This document shows, piece by piece, positions 21,038-29,599 of a stretch of 64,000 nt of DNA. Under the pieces are notes generated by a model, which was given only the letters and a program-made list of their open reading frames with translations, had not been told where the DNA came from and ran no database searches. Every line of letters begins with the position of its first letter. Position 1 is the stretch's first letter. The stretch is from the NCBI GenBank assembly GCA_002449395.1, contig DKDP01000033.1, forward strand, positions 106,113 to 170,112, given 5' to 3'. The position numbers and the translations under genes were made by a program. The stretch is from Ruminococcaceae bacterium UBA6845 (GTDB lineage: Bacteria > Bacillota > Clostridia > Oscillospirales > Acutalibacteraceae).

Positions 21038-21610
21038 ATGCAGACTAAAAACATTATGATTGTCGGAGTCGGCGGACAGGGAACACTGCTTGCGAGTAAG
21101 CTCCTCGGCAGACTTCTTCTCGAAAAAAACTATGACGTAAAGGTCAGCGAGGTTCACGGAATGAGCCAGCGCGGCGGCAGTGTTGTTACATATGTCCGTT
21201 ACGGTGACAAGGTTTATTCACCGATAATTGACAAGGGCGAGGCTGACATTATTATTTCCTTTGAACTTCTTGAAGCGGCTCGCTGGACGGAATTTCTCAA
21301 GCCCGACGGAACAATAATCACCAACACTCAGGAGATTAACCCCATGCCCGTTATCACAGGTGCGGCGGAATATCCGACCGAGCTTGTTGAAAAAATTAAA
21401 GCTCTCGGCGTTAATCTCGACGCAATTGACGCTCTCTCACTTGCCGAGGAGGCAGGCACGTCAAAGGCGGTTAACCTTGTGCTGATGGGCAGACTTTCAA
21501 AATACTTTGACTTTACAACAGAGGAATGGATGGCGGCGATCGAAAAGAGCGTTCCCGCAAAGTTCCTTGAAATAAACAAAAAGGCATTTTTACTCGGTAA
21601 GGACGCATAA
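21038..21610 (+). CDS. iorB: indolepyruvate:ferredoxin oxidoreductase beta subunit
   Basis: IMIVGVGGQGTLLAS motif. ATG 21038 follows the iorA stop by 2 nt and has GGAAAGGAG upstream. Confidence 0.9.
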   Translation: MQTKNIMIVGVGGQGTLLASKLLGRLLLEKNYDVKVSEVHGMSQRGGSVVTYVRYGDKVYSPIIDKGEADIIISFELLEAARWTEFLKPDGTIITNTQEINPMPVITGAAEYPTELVEKIKALGVNLDAIDALSLAEEAGTSKAVNLVLMGRLSKYFDFTTEEWMAAIEKSVPAKFLEINKKAFLLGKDA

Positions 21611-21625
21611 ATAGGAGTGCTCGCT

Positions 21626-22924
21626 ATGGAAAGATATTATCAGAAAGAATTTGAATGTGCTTCACCGGAAAAAATCCGTGAGCTTCAGGACGAAAGACTT
21701 GTAAAGCAGGTCAAGCACGTTTGGGACAATGTTCCCTATTACAGAAAAAAGATGGAAGAAAAGGGCGTTACTCCCGACGATATCAAGGGAGTTGATGATC
21801 TTCACAAGCTCCCGTTCCTTTCAAAGGCGGATCTTCGTGATGCTTATCCCTACGGACTTCTTGCAGCCCCGTTAAAGGACTGCGTAAGAATCCAGTCAAC
21901 CTCAGGCACAACAGGCAGACGTGTTGTCGCTTTTTATACTCAGCACGATATCGACCTCTGGGAGGACTGCTGTGCACGTGCAATCGTTGCGGCAGGCGGA
22001 ACAGATGAGGACGTTGTTCAGGTCGCATACGGCTACGGCCTTTTCACAGGCGGCGCAGGACTTCACGGCGGCAGCCACAAGGTCGGCAGTCTTACTCTTC
22101 CGATGTCCTCCGGCAATACGGACAGACAGCTTCAGTTTATGACCGACCTTGAGTCAACAATTCTTTGCTGTACTCCGTCCTATGCGGCATACCTTGCAGA
22201 GAGCATCCACGAGCGTGGACTCCGTGACAAGATCAAGCTCAAGGCAGGTATCTTCGGCGCTGAGGCATGGAGCGAAAAGATGCGTCAGGAAATTCAAAAT
22301 CAGCTCGGCATTAAGGCATATGATATCTACGGTCTGACCGAGATCAGCGGTCCGGGTGTTGCATTTGAATGTTCGGAGCAGACAGGTATGCACATCAACG
22401 AGGATCACTTTATCGCCGAGATCATCGACCCCGACACAGGCGAGGTTCTTCCCGACGGAACTCAGGGTGAGCTTGTTTTTACATCAATCACAAAGGAAGC
22501 GTTCCCGCTTCTCAGATACAGAACCCGTGACATCTGCGTTCTCACAAGAGAGAAATGCTCCTGCGGCAGAACACTTGTTAAAATGTGCAAGCCGATGGGC
22601 AGAAGCGACGATATGCTTATCGTTAAGGGTGTTAATGTATTCCCGTCACAGATTGAGACCGTTCTCATTGAGCAGGGCTATCAGGCTAACTATCAGATCA
22701 TAGTTGACCGTGTAAACAACAGCGATACGCTCGAGGTTATGGTTGAAATGACTCAGGACAACTTCTCCGACAATCTCGGTAAAATCACCGAAATGGAGAA
22801 ATCACTTGTTGCCGCTTTGAAGGCTATGCTCGGAATTTACACCAAGGTTCGCCTTGTTGCTCCGAAGTCAATCACCAGAAGCGAGGGCAAGGCAGTCCGT
22901 GTAATTGATAAGAGAAAGATATAA
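21626..22924 (+). CDS. paaK: phenylacetate-CoA ligase family protein
   Basis: PaaK-type N-terminus (VPYYRKKMEEKGV.PDDI...LPFL.K.DLRD.YP) and STSGTTG. ATG 21626 chosen (AGGAG upstream). Confidence 0.88.
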   Translation: MERYYQKEFECASPEKIRELQDERLVKQVKHVWDNVPYYRKKMEEKGVTPDDIKGVDDLHKLPFLSKADLRDAYPYGLLAAPLKDCVRIQSTSGTTGRRVVAFYTQHDIDLWEDCCARAIVAAGGTDEDVVQVAYGYGLFTGGAGLHGGSHKVGSLTLPMSSGNTDRQLQFMTDLESTILCCTPSYAAYLAESIHERGLRDKIKLKAGIFGAEAWSEKMRQEIQNQLGIKAYDIYGLTEISGPGVAFECSEQTGMHINEDHFIAEIIDPDTGEVLPDGTQGELVFTSITKEAFPLLRYRTRDICVLTREKCSCGRTLVKMCKPMGRSDDMLIVKGVNVFPSQIETVLIEQGYQANYQIIVDRVNNSDTLEVMVEMTQDNFSDNLGKITEMEKSLVAALKAMLGIYTKVRLVAPKSITRSEGKAVRVIDKRKI

Positions 22925-22936
22925 GGAGGCAGGACA

Positions 22937-23368
22937 ATGGCTATTACTCAGATTTCGGTATTTTTGGAAAACAGAGCAGGACAGCTTTCGGAGATCACGA
23001 AAATTCTGTCCGATAACAACATTGACCTCAAGGCGCTGAACATTGCGGAAACAGCCGACTACGGAATACTCAGAATTATTTCCGATGACTGCAACGAGGC
23101 GGCAAAGCTCCTCAGAAACAACGGCTTTATCGTTACGGAAACTCCCGTTGTTGCCGCCGCTGTTCCCAACAAGGCGGGCGGACTCAACGAGCTTCTTAAC
23201 ATCATTTCAAATGAGGATATTGACATTGAATATATGTATTCCGTTTTCGGACAGAAGGACGGACTTGCATATATGATTTTCAAGGTTAAAGATGTTGATA
23301 TTTTTACATCTGTTCTCAAAAAATACTTTGTTGTCGTTGCAAATGAAAACGACCTCGGAATTAAATAA
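22937..23368 (+). CDS. ACT-domain (amino-acid-binding) protein
   Basis: 143 aa with two ACT-like halves (ISVFLENRAGQLSEITKIL; VPNKAGGLNELLNII). An ACT protein is the usual partner downstream of paaK. Confidence 0.78.
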   Translation: MAITQISVFLENRAGQLSEITKILSDNNIDLKALNIAETADYGILRIISDDCNEAAKLLRNNGFIVTETPVVAAAVPNKAGGLNELLNIISNEDIDIEYMYSVFGQKDGLAYMIFKVKDVDIFTSVLKKYFVVVANENDLGIK

Positions 23369-23485
23369 CTGTTGATTTTTTCCGATTGACGGAGTATTAT
23401 TTATATGCCGTTAAATAAAAAGCTAAGCAAATAAAATAAATCGACTTTCCTTTCGGTCGGTTTGTTAAGAAAGGAACATATAACA

Positions 23486-24655
23486 ATGCAGGAATTAAGC
23501 AGAAAAAATGCACTTTTCACCGATTCCGTTATCAGAAGAATGACACGTGTTGCTCTTGACTGCGGTGCGATCAACCTTGCTCAGGGATTCCCGGATTTTG
23601 ATCCTCCGAAAGCTATGACGGATCGTCTTGCCGAGGTCGCTCACACAGGCCCTCATCAGTATCCGATCACAATGGGTGCTCCGAATTTCCGTGAGGCACT
23701 CGCAAGAAAGTGCGGACGTTTTATGGGTCGTGAGCTTGACCCCAACACAGATATGGTTGTAACGATCGGTTCAACCGAAGCAATGGTAGACACGATCTTT
23801 GCCCTCACAAATCCGGGCGACAGAATCGTTATGTTCTCACCCTACTTTGAAAATTACAGAGCACAGGCTATTATGGCGGACTGTGAGCCGGTTTTCATCC
23901 CGCTTGTACCGCCCGAGTTCAACTTTGATCCCGATATTATCGAGGCTGAGTTCAAAAAGGGCGCAAAGGCGATTCTTATCTGCAACCCCTCAAATCCGAG
24001 CGGTAAGGTTTTCACCTATGATGAGCTGAGAACAGTTGCAGATCTTTGTATCAAATACGACGTTTATGCAATTATGGATGAGGTTTATGAGCACATCATC
24101 TATGAGGGACATAAGCACATCTATATGAACAGTCTTGACGGAATGTGGGAGAGAACAGTTAGTTGTTCGTCTCTTTCAAAGACATATTCCGTAACAGGCT
24201 GGCGTCTCGGTTATGCGATCGCTCCGAAGCACCTTATGGACAGAATCAAGCAGTATCACGACTTCAATGCGGTCGGTGCGGCATCTCCGCTTATGGAAGC
24301 AGCTTGTGTGGGTCTTAATATGCCAGACAGCTACTATGAGGAGTTCGGCGCACATTACGCTCATATGAAGAAGCTCTTCACAGAGGGACTTGACAGAATC
24401 GGTATTCCGTACACGGATCCGCAGGGCGCATACTTTGTTCTTGCAGACATCGCTCCGTTCCTCAAGCCGGGTCAGTCGGATGTTGATTTCTGCCTTGAAA
24501 TGGCTCAGAAGGTCGGCGTAGCCTGTGTTCCGGGTACATCATTCTTCAATGAAAAGGGAATTAACAACATTGTTCGTGTTCACTTTGCAAAGAAAGACGA
24601 AACCCTCAACGAAGCTCTCGAGAGACTTTCACACATCAAGGAAAAGATGGGCTGA
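23486..24655 (+). CDS. PLP-dependent class I/II aminotransferase
   Basis: NLAQGFPDF, NPSNPSGKVF and SLSKTYSVTGWRLGY (PLP lysine). ATG 23486 chosen (M9 of the ORF). Confidence 0.9.
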   Translation: MQELSRKNALFTDSVIRRMTRVALDCGAINLAQGFPDFDPPKAMTDRLAEVAHTGPHQYPITMGAPNFREALARKCGRFMGRELDPNTDMVVTIGSTEAMVDTIFALTNPGDRIVMFSPYFENYRAQAIMADCEPVFIPLVPPEFNFDPDIIEAEFKKGAKAILICNPSNPSGKVFTYDELRTVADLCIKYDVYAIMDEVYEHIIYEGHKHIYMNSLDGMWERTVSCSSLSKTYSVTGWRLGYAIAPKHLMDRIKQYHDFNAVGAASPLMEAACVGLNMPDSYYEEFGAHYAHMKKLFTEGLDRIGIPYTDPQGAYFVLADIAPFLKPGQSDVDFCLEMAQKVGVACVPGTSFFNEKGINNIVRVHFAKKDETLNEALERLSHIKEKMG

Positions 24656-24667
24656 AAATAAAATACT

Positions 24668-24831
24668 AAGGCAATAACGCACAATTTAAATGTGCGAATT
24701 GTGTAGCAAGATTTTTCGTCAAGGTGTGCAAAAATTCTGCAGGCTTGCTAACGCAAGTCAAAAAATTTTTGTATAGCATGGCGAAAATAGATTCAAACAA
24801 GGCGTGCATTTCAATTGTGTGATATTGCCTT
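24668..24831. repeat. MITE-like / long-hairpin element with ~29-bp terminal inverted repeats
   Basis: The left arm aaggcaataacgcacaatttaaatgtgcg (24668-24696) matches the reverse complement of the right arm (24802-24831; aaggcaatatcacacaattgaaatgcacgc) at ~24/29 positions. It lies between the aminotransferase stop and its terminator. Confidence 0.5.
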
Positions 24832-24832
24832 A

Positions 24833-24870
24833 AACGAAAGTCGGAATTTTTTCGGCTTTCGTTTTCTTTT
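24833..24870 (+). terminator. intrinsic terminator of the aminotransferase transcript
   Basis: An 11-bp stem (aacgaaagtcg / cggctttcgtt, one G-U pair) followed by ttttcttttt. Confidence 0.7.
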
Positions 24871-24918
24871 TGCATTATTTGTGGTATAATATTATAAATC
24901 TATTTTTCGGAGAAACCA

Positions 24919-25593
24919 ATGAAAAAAGAAACCGTAAAAAATATAATAAAAATCATATTTGCCGCCGCTGTTTTTGTCACGGCAATTGTCAACTATGATT
25001 ATCTTTCAAATCTTGACGTCCGTGTTCTGATTGCAGGTGCGTCGTCAATCTTTATTGCCGAGCTTATTATTCTCGGTGTTTATGCGGTTAAGGCTGTACT
25101 GATGGTTATTCCTGCGTCATTGATCTATATTTCAGTCGGAATGGCTTTTGATACGAAGCGAGCGGTTATTGTTAACCTGATAGGTATTGCTATTGAAGTC
25201 ACGGTTACATTTTTTATGGGTAAATTTCTCGGTAAGAATGCCGTTGAAAAGAAAATCCGCAACACAAAAGCGGGCGACAAATTTTTCTCAATGCTTGATA
25301 AAAACCGAAATGCCGCGATTTTTCTGATGCGCCTTATTCCGGCTTTTCCGATAGATTTTTCATCGCTTTTTATGGGTGCTTTTGATTTCAAATTTCTGCC
25401 TTATCTTTTGCTTTCCGTTCTCGGAATTGCACCGAGAGTTATTGCCTTTACGATTCTCGGCGACGGAATTTATGACCTTATTCCGATGAAATATATCGTC
25501 CTTGCGGCAATTTGCGCAATTCCGATAGTAATTGCGGTTCTGCTGATTAAAAAATACGTCGGTAAAAAGAAAAAGTCCGAGGAAAATCAATAA
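24919..25593 (+). CDS. TVP38/TMEM64 (DedA-related) family membrane protein
   Basis: 224 aa, about 5 TM segments, with a characteristic LIPAFPIDFSSLFMG segment. Confidence 0.75.
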   Translation: MKKETVKNIIKIIFAAAVFVTAIVNYDYLSNLDVRVLIAGASSIFIAELIILGVYAVKAVLMVIPASLIYISVGMAFDTKRAVIVNLIGIAIEVTVTFFMGKFLGKNAVEKKIRNTKAGDKFFSMLDKNRNAAIFLMRLIPAFPIDFSSLFMGAFDFKFLPYLLLSVLGIAPRVIAFTILGDGIYDLIPMKYIVLAAICAIPIVIAVLLIKKYVGKKKKSEENQ

Positions 25594-25669
25594 TTTTTTA
25601 TAAAATCTCTTGCTAAAATACTTGAAATATATTATAATAACTAAGATATTGCAGGAGATTAATTCTGAA

Positions 25670-25808
25670 GCATTATTTCAGTCATGTGGTGTGTTGGTCC
25701 TGTGCGACGGGGTGCCGCGAACCATGTCAGGCGGGGAACCGAGCAGCATTAAGCGGTTAACACCGTGCGACACAGTACGGCCTGCACACCATGTGACTGA
25801 GATAATGC
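25670..25808 (+). ncRNA. ffs: signal recognition particle RNA (small cytoplasmic RNA)
   Basis: The domain-IV core gtcaggCGG-GGAA-CCGagcagc matches the bacterial consensus GUCAGGUCCGGAAGGAAGCAGC. The 5' end gcattatttcagtcatgtggtgtg pairs with the 3' end cacaccatgtgactgagataatgc, and a T5 run follows. Location immediately upstream of dnaX is the usual one in Firmicutes. Confidence 0.78.
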
Positions 25809-25838
25809 TTTTTATTATTACAATAGGAGGGATATGCC

Positions 25839-27434
25839 GTGTACAGAGTGCTTTACAGAAAATGGAGACCTCAGACCTTTTCCGACGTTGTCGGTCAGGA
25901 GCATATTACCTCAACCCTTGCTCATGAAATTGAATCCGGCAAAGTTTCGCACGCTTATCTTTTCACAGGCTCAAGAGGAACCGGAAAAACAACCTGTGCA
26001 AAGATTTTTGCAAAGGCGGTTAACTGTCCGCATACTCACAACGGAAATCCATGCAATGAATGTGCAATATGCAAGGGTATTGACGACGGCTCAATTCTTG
26101 ATGTTATTGAAATTGACGCCGCCAGTAACAACGGCGTTGACAATATCCGTGATCTTCGTGAGGAAGCAAATTATACCCCCGTCCACACAAAATACCGTGT
26201 GTATATAATTGACGAGGTTCATATGCTTTCAATCGGTGCATTCAATGCTCTTCTCAAAACCCTTGAAGAGCCGCCCGAGCACGTTAAATTTGTCCTTGCA
26301 ACAACCGAGGTTCACAAGCTCCCTGCAACGATTCTTTCGAGATGTCAGCGTTTTGATTTTCACAGAATTACTCCCGAAAATATCAGCACAAGACTGAAAT
26401 ATGTCGCAGGTGAAGAAAAAATTGGGCTTGACGATGACGCATCTCTGCTTATTGCGAGAATTGCCGACGGCGCAATGCGTGATGCTCTTTCGATTCTCGA
26501 CCGCTGCGCCGGAATAAGCGACCACGTGACAGCCGAAACAGTCAGCAACGCCGCAGGACTTGCAGGCAAGGGTCATCTTTTTGATCTTGTTGACAATATA
26601 AATGAAAACAATTCTTCGGAGGTTCTTTCGATAATTGACGAGCTCCACAGAGAGTCCTGCGATATGGAAAGACTTTGCTCAGAGCTTATAAATCATTATC
26701 GAAATCTGATGCTCATTAAAACGGTAAAAGAACCGCAAAAGCTGATTGTCTGTACAGATCACGACCTTGAGCTTTACAAAAAACAAGCAGATAAAACGAA
26801 TCTTTATAAAATTCTTAATTGTATTTCTTCACTTGAAGAGGCTTCCGCAATTCTTAAAAACAGCTCAAGTAAGCGAACGGAAATGGAGCTTACCGCAGTT
26901 AAAATGACTGTACCGAATATTTCAAGCGACAATACTGCCATTATGGGTAGAATTGAAAATCTTGAAAGAATTATCAAGAGTGTAAAATTCGTCGCCGAAA
27001 AACCGACGGATAATGTTAAGGAAGAAGTTAAACCGTCTCAGCCTGTTATGCAGGAAAATGACTCAGAGCTTCCGCCGCCTACGCCTGAAATTCATAATGA
27101 GCTCCCGGCAAATGAATCTCACAATGACACCAATGAGGATATACTTTTTACTCAATGGGGTGAGGTGCTTTCTCTTCTCGATGTTTCGGACAAGCCTTTG
27201 ACGGGCATTCTCGGAACTTCTTCAGCCTATATAAGAGGGGATTTTATTCTTATTAAGTGCGACAATCCCGTATTTTCTCAATTTATTCGTCAAAGCAATC
27301 ATTCAATGGCAATCCGCAAGGCAGTTTTTGACGTAACAGGCAGAAAATACAGACTCGGCATATATAAATCAAGCGAAGCGGAAACAAATGTCAAGGACCC
27401 GCTTGCCGATCTGATCAATAAAATTAACGGGTGA
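25839..27434 (+). CDS. dnaX: DNA polymerase III subunit gamma/tau
   Basis: YRKWRPQTF..VVGQEHI...GSRGTGKTT, a zinc module CxxCxxC, and the box IIDEVHML. GTG start with AGGAGG 8 nt upstream. Confidence 0.95.
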   Translation: MYRVLYRKWRPQTFSDVVGQEHITSTLAHEIESGKVSHAYLFTGSRGTGKTTCAKIFAKAVNCPHTHNGNPCNECAICKGIDDGSILDVIEIDAASNNGVDNIRDLREEANYTPVHTKYRVYIIDEVHMLSIGAFNALLKTLEEPPEHVKFVLATTEVHKLPATILSRCQRFDFHRITPENISTRLKYVAGEEKIGLDDDASLLIARIADGAMRDALSILDRCAGISDHVTAETVSNAAGLAGKGHLFDLVDNINENNSSEVLSIIDELHRESCDMERLCSELINHYRNLMLIKTVKEPQKLIVCTDHDLELYKKQADKTNLYKILNCISSLEEASAILKNSSSKRTEMELTAVKMTVPNISSDNTAIMGRIENLERIIKSVKFVAEKPTDNVKEEVKPSQPVMQENDSELPPPTPEIHNELPANESHNDTNEDILFTQWGEVLSLLDVSDKPLTGILGTSSAYIRGDFILIKCDNPVFSQFIRQSNHSMAIRKAVFDVTGRKYRLGIYKSSEAETNVKDPLADLINKING

Positions 27435-27439
27435 AAAAT

Positions 27440-28414
27440 ATGGCTCCGAAAATTAGTATTATCATTCCGTCTTATAATGAAGAAAAAAATATTTCCCGCT
27501 GTCTTGACTCAGTTTTGAATCAGACATTTACTGATTTTGAGGTTTTATGCGTCGATGACGGAAGTAAAGACAATACATTTGAAATTATAAAAAACTATTC
27601 GGAAAAAGACAGCAGAATTATTCCGCTGAAAAATCCCGATAAAGGCGTATCTTCCGCAAGAAATTTCGGTATTAAAAATGCAAGCGGAGAATATATCGGA
27701 TTTGTTGATTCCGACGATTTCATTCAGCCTCAGATGTATGAATTTTTGTATAGAGCCGTTACTGAAAATAATTGTGATTTTTCCGTTTGCCGTTATAAAA
27801 AAACTTCTGAAGTTGAGTTTAAGGCATTTGAATATAAGACTGAAAAATTTCAGCCCGAAAAATTTATCAGCTTTGATGACACCGATTATACAATTAATAA
27901 CGAACTTGTTTTTTCTTCGGCTTGCACAAAATTAATTTCAAAAAATTTTCTCGGTGATATAAGATTTAAAAATTATAAAATTGGTGAGGATACTGTATTT
28001 AATTCCGAAATTTATTCAAAGAGTGACAATAACATTTTTATTGATATTGAGCTTTATAATTATTTTACCAATACTCAAAGCGTTTCATTTACCAAGCTTT
28101 GGAATGAAAAATGGTTTGATCTTCTCGAAACAAGATTTATTTCATATGACATTTTAAAAAATAAAAATGAAATACTTTCGGCTTTTTATCTTGAACGTGG
28201 AATGAAATCAATTCTTTCTTACCGTTTTAATACAAAAAATTCGCCGAATAAAAATAAATTTAGAAATCAAATAAATAAATATTTTAAAGAATATTTTATT
28301 TCATTTTTTAAATGTAAAAATATTTCTTTTAAAAATAAAATTTCAATTACATTATTTCTTCTGATCCCGCCGTTTTATACTGCGTTCAGAAAAATGACTG
28401 ATAAAACACTTTAA
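27440..28414 (+). CDS. family 2 glycosyltransferase
   Basis: ISIIIPSYNEEKNI...CVDDGSKDNT...VDSDDF (GT-A fold with DxD). Very AT-rich. The track ORF starts at GTG 27431, overlapping the dnaX stop. Confidence 0.85.
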   Translation: MAPKISIIIPSYNEEKNISRCLDSVLNQTFTDFEVLCVDDGSKDNTFEIIKNYSEKDSRIIPLKNPDKGVSSARNFGIKNASGEYIGFVDSDDFIQPQMYEFLYRAVTENNCDFSVCRYKKTSEVEFKAFEYKTEKFQPEKFISFDDTDYTINNELVFSSACTKLISKNFLGDIRFKNYKIGEDTVFNSEIYSKSDNNIFIDIELYNYFTNTQSVSFTKLWNEKWFDLLETRFISYDILKNKNEILSAFYLERGMKSILSYRFNTKNSPNKNKFRNQINKYFKEYFISFFKCKNISFKNKISITLFLLIPPFYTAFRKMTDKTL

Positions 28415-28433
28415 ATATGAAAGGATAATTACA

Positions 28434-28766
28434 ATGAAAGCAAGAATTCCCGGCGCCCAGAATCAGGGCAATATGATGAAAAAAATTCAGCAGATGCAAG
28501 AGGATATGACAAGAATCCAGGAAGAGATTGAAGCAACAGAGTATACCTCTTCCGTAGGCGGCGGTGCCGTTGAGGTTACAGTTAACGGTTCTCACGAGGT
28601 TCTCTCAATAAAGATGCAACCCGATGTAGTTGATCCGGAAGATATTGAAATGCTTGAGGATCTTCTTATCTCAGCACTTAATGAGAGCATCAAAAAAGCA
28701 AATGACGCAATGGATCAGGGTATGGAAAAGGCTAAAGGCGGTCTTTCAATTCCGGGGCTTTTCTAA
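28434..28766 (+). CDS. ybaB: nucleoid-associated protein YbaB/EbfC
   Basis: 110 aa with the [12 protein letters not shown]...[11 protein letters not shown] pattern, in the conserved position before recR. Confidence 0.9.
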   Translation: MKARIPGAQNQGNMMKKIQQMQEDMTRIQEEIEATEYTSSVGGGAVEVTVNGSHEVLSIKMQPDVVDPEDIEMLEDLLISALNESIKKANDAMDQGMEKAKGGLSIPGLF

Positions 28767-29365
28767 TGGCACGCAACGTAATTCCGCTTACCAAGTTAAT
28801 TGAGCAGTTTGAACGTATGCCCGGTATCGGACATAAAAGCGCCCAAAAGCTCGCTTTCTACATTCTCGGAATGTCGGATGCCGATGCAAAAAAATTTGCA
28901 GAAAATATTCTTCTTGCAAAAGAAAAAATTCATCGCTGTAAGATCTGCTGTGATCTTACCGACAGTGACGTTTGTTCAATATGCAGTGACGAAAAAAGAG
29001 ACAGATCGGTTATCTGTGTTGTTGAATCTTCAAAGGATGTTATAGCAATTGAAAGAACCCGTGAATACAACGGTCTTTACCACGTTCTTCACGGTTCAAT
29101 CTCACCTATGAATGGAATCGGTCCGGACGAAATTACAATCAAAGAGCTTATTTCCCGCCTCGGTGATGACGGCATAAAGGAAATTATTATGGCAACAAAC
29201 CCGACTGTTGAGGGAGAAGCCACGGCGATGTATATTTCACGTCTTATCAAGCCGATGGGCATCAAGGTTTCTCGTCTTGCATACGGCGTACCCGTCGGTG
29301 CGGATCTCGAATACGCAGATGAAATCACGCTTACAAGAGCGCTTGAAGGAAGACAGATTCTTTAA
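28766..29365 (+). CDS. recR: recombination protein RecR
   Basis: [22 protein letters not shown], zinc finger CxxC...CxxC, and a Toprim domain. Confidence 0.95.
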   Translation: MARNVIPLTKLIEQFERMPGIGHKSAQKLAFYILGMSDADAKKFAENILLAKEKIHRCKICCDLTDSDVCSICSDEKRDRSVICVVESSKDVIAIERTREYNGLYHVLHGSISPMNGIGPDEITIKELISRLGDDGIKEIIMATNPTVEGEATAMYISRLIKPMGIKVSRLAYGVPVGADLEYADEITLTRALEGRQIL

Positions 29366-29367
29366 AA

Positions 29368-29578
29368 TTTTCCACACTTTCTTCAACATTCTTTCAACAG
29401 CTTTCAACATTTCCACACTGATAAATAATTAACAAAATTTTCAACAATTTTATCCACTGCTTTTTAACAAGTAAAATTTATCCGAATCCACGCTGTTTCA
29501 ATAAATTTTCTTGTTTTCCACACTTTTAACAGCCCCTACTACTAATACTATAATATTTATATTATTTATTTATCTTAA
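29368..29578 (+). other. oriC-like module: DnaA-box array, GC clamp, CTA (DnaA-trio-like) run and AT-rich DUE
   Basis: Boxes within one mismatch of TTATCCACA lie at 29368-29376, 29450-29458 and 29514-29522. At least five weaker TTYTCMACA copies share the same orientation. They are followed by agcccc at 29531-36, CTACTACTAATACTATAA at 29536-53, and a nearly pure A/T stretch to 29578. Confidence 0.7.
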
Positions 29579-29599
29579 ACCCGTATTGGAGGAATTTTA

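Noticed and set aside
25610-25927. 105-aa ORF spanning the region upstream of dnaX (and, similarly, the 68-aa ORF 53412-53618)
   Set aside because: They overlap the SRP RNA and tRNA-Leu respectively. Translation here is an artefact of RNA genes.
26775-26786. A6 run (tac aaa aaa caa) in dnaX as a possible programmed frameshift or transcriptional-slippage site producing a gamma subunit
   Set aside because: It is not an X-XXY-YYZ heptamer in frame, it is shorter than known slippage tracts, and I saw no downstream stem-loop. Firmicute dnaX genes are not known to need this.
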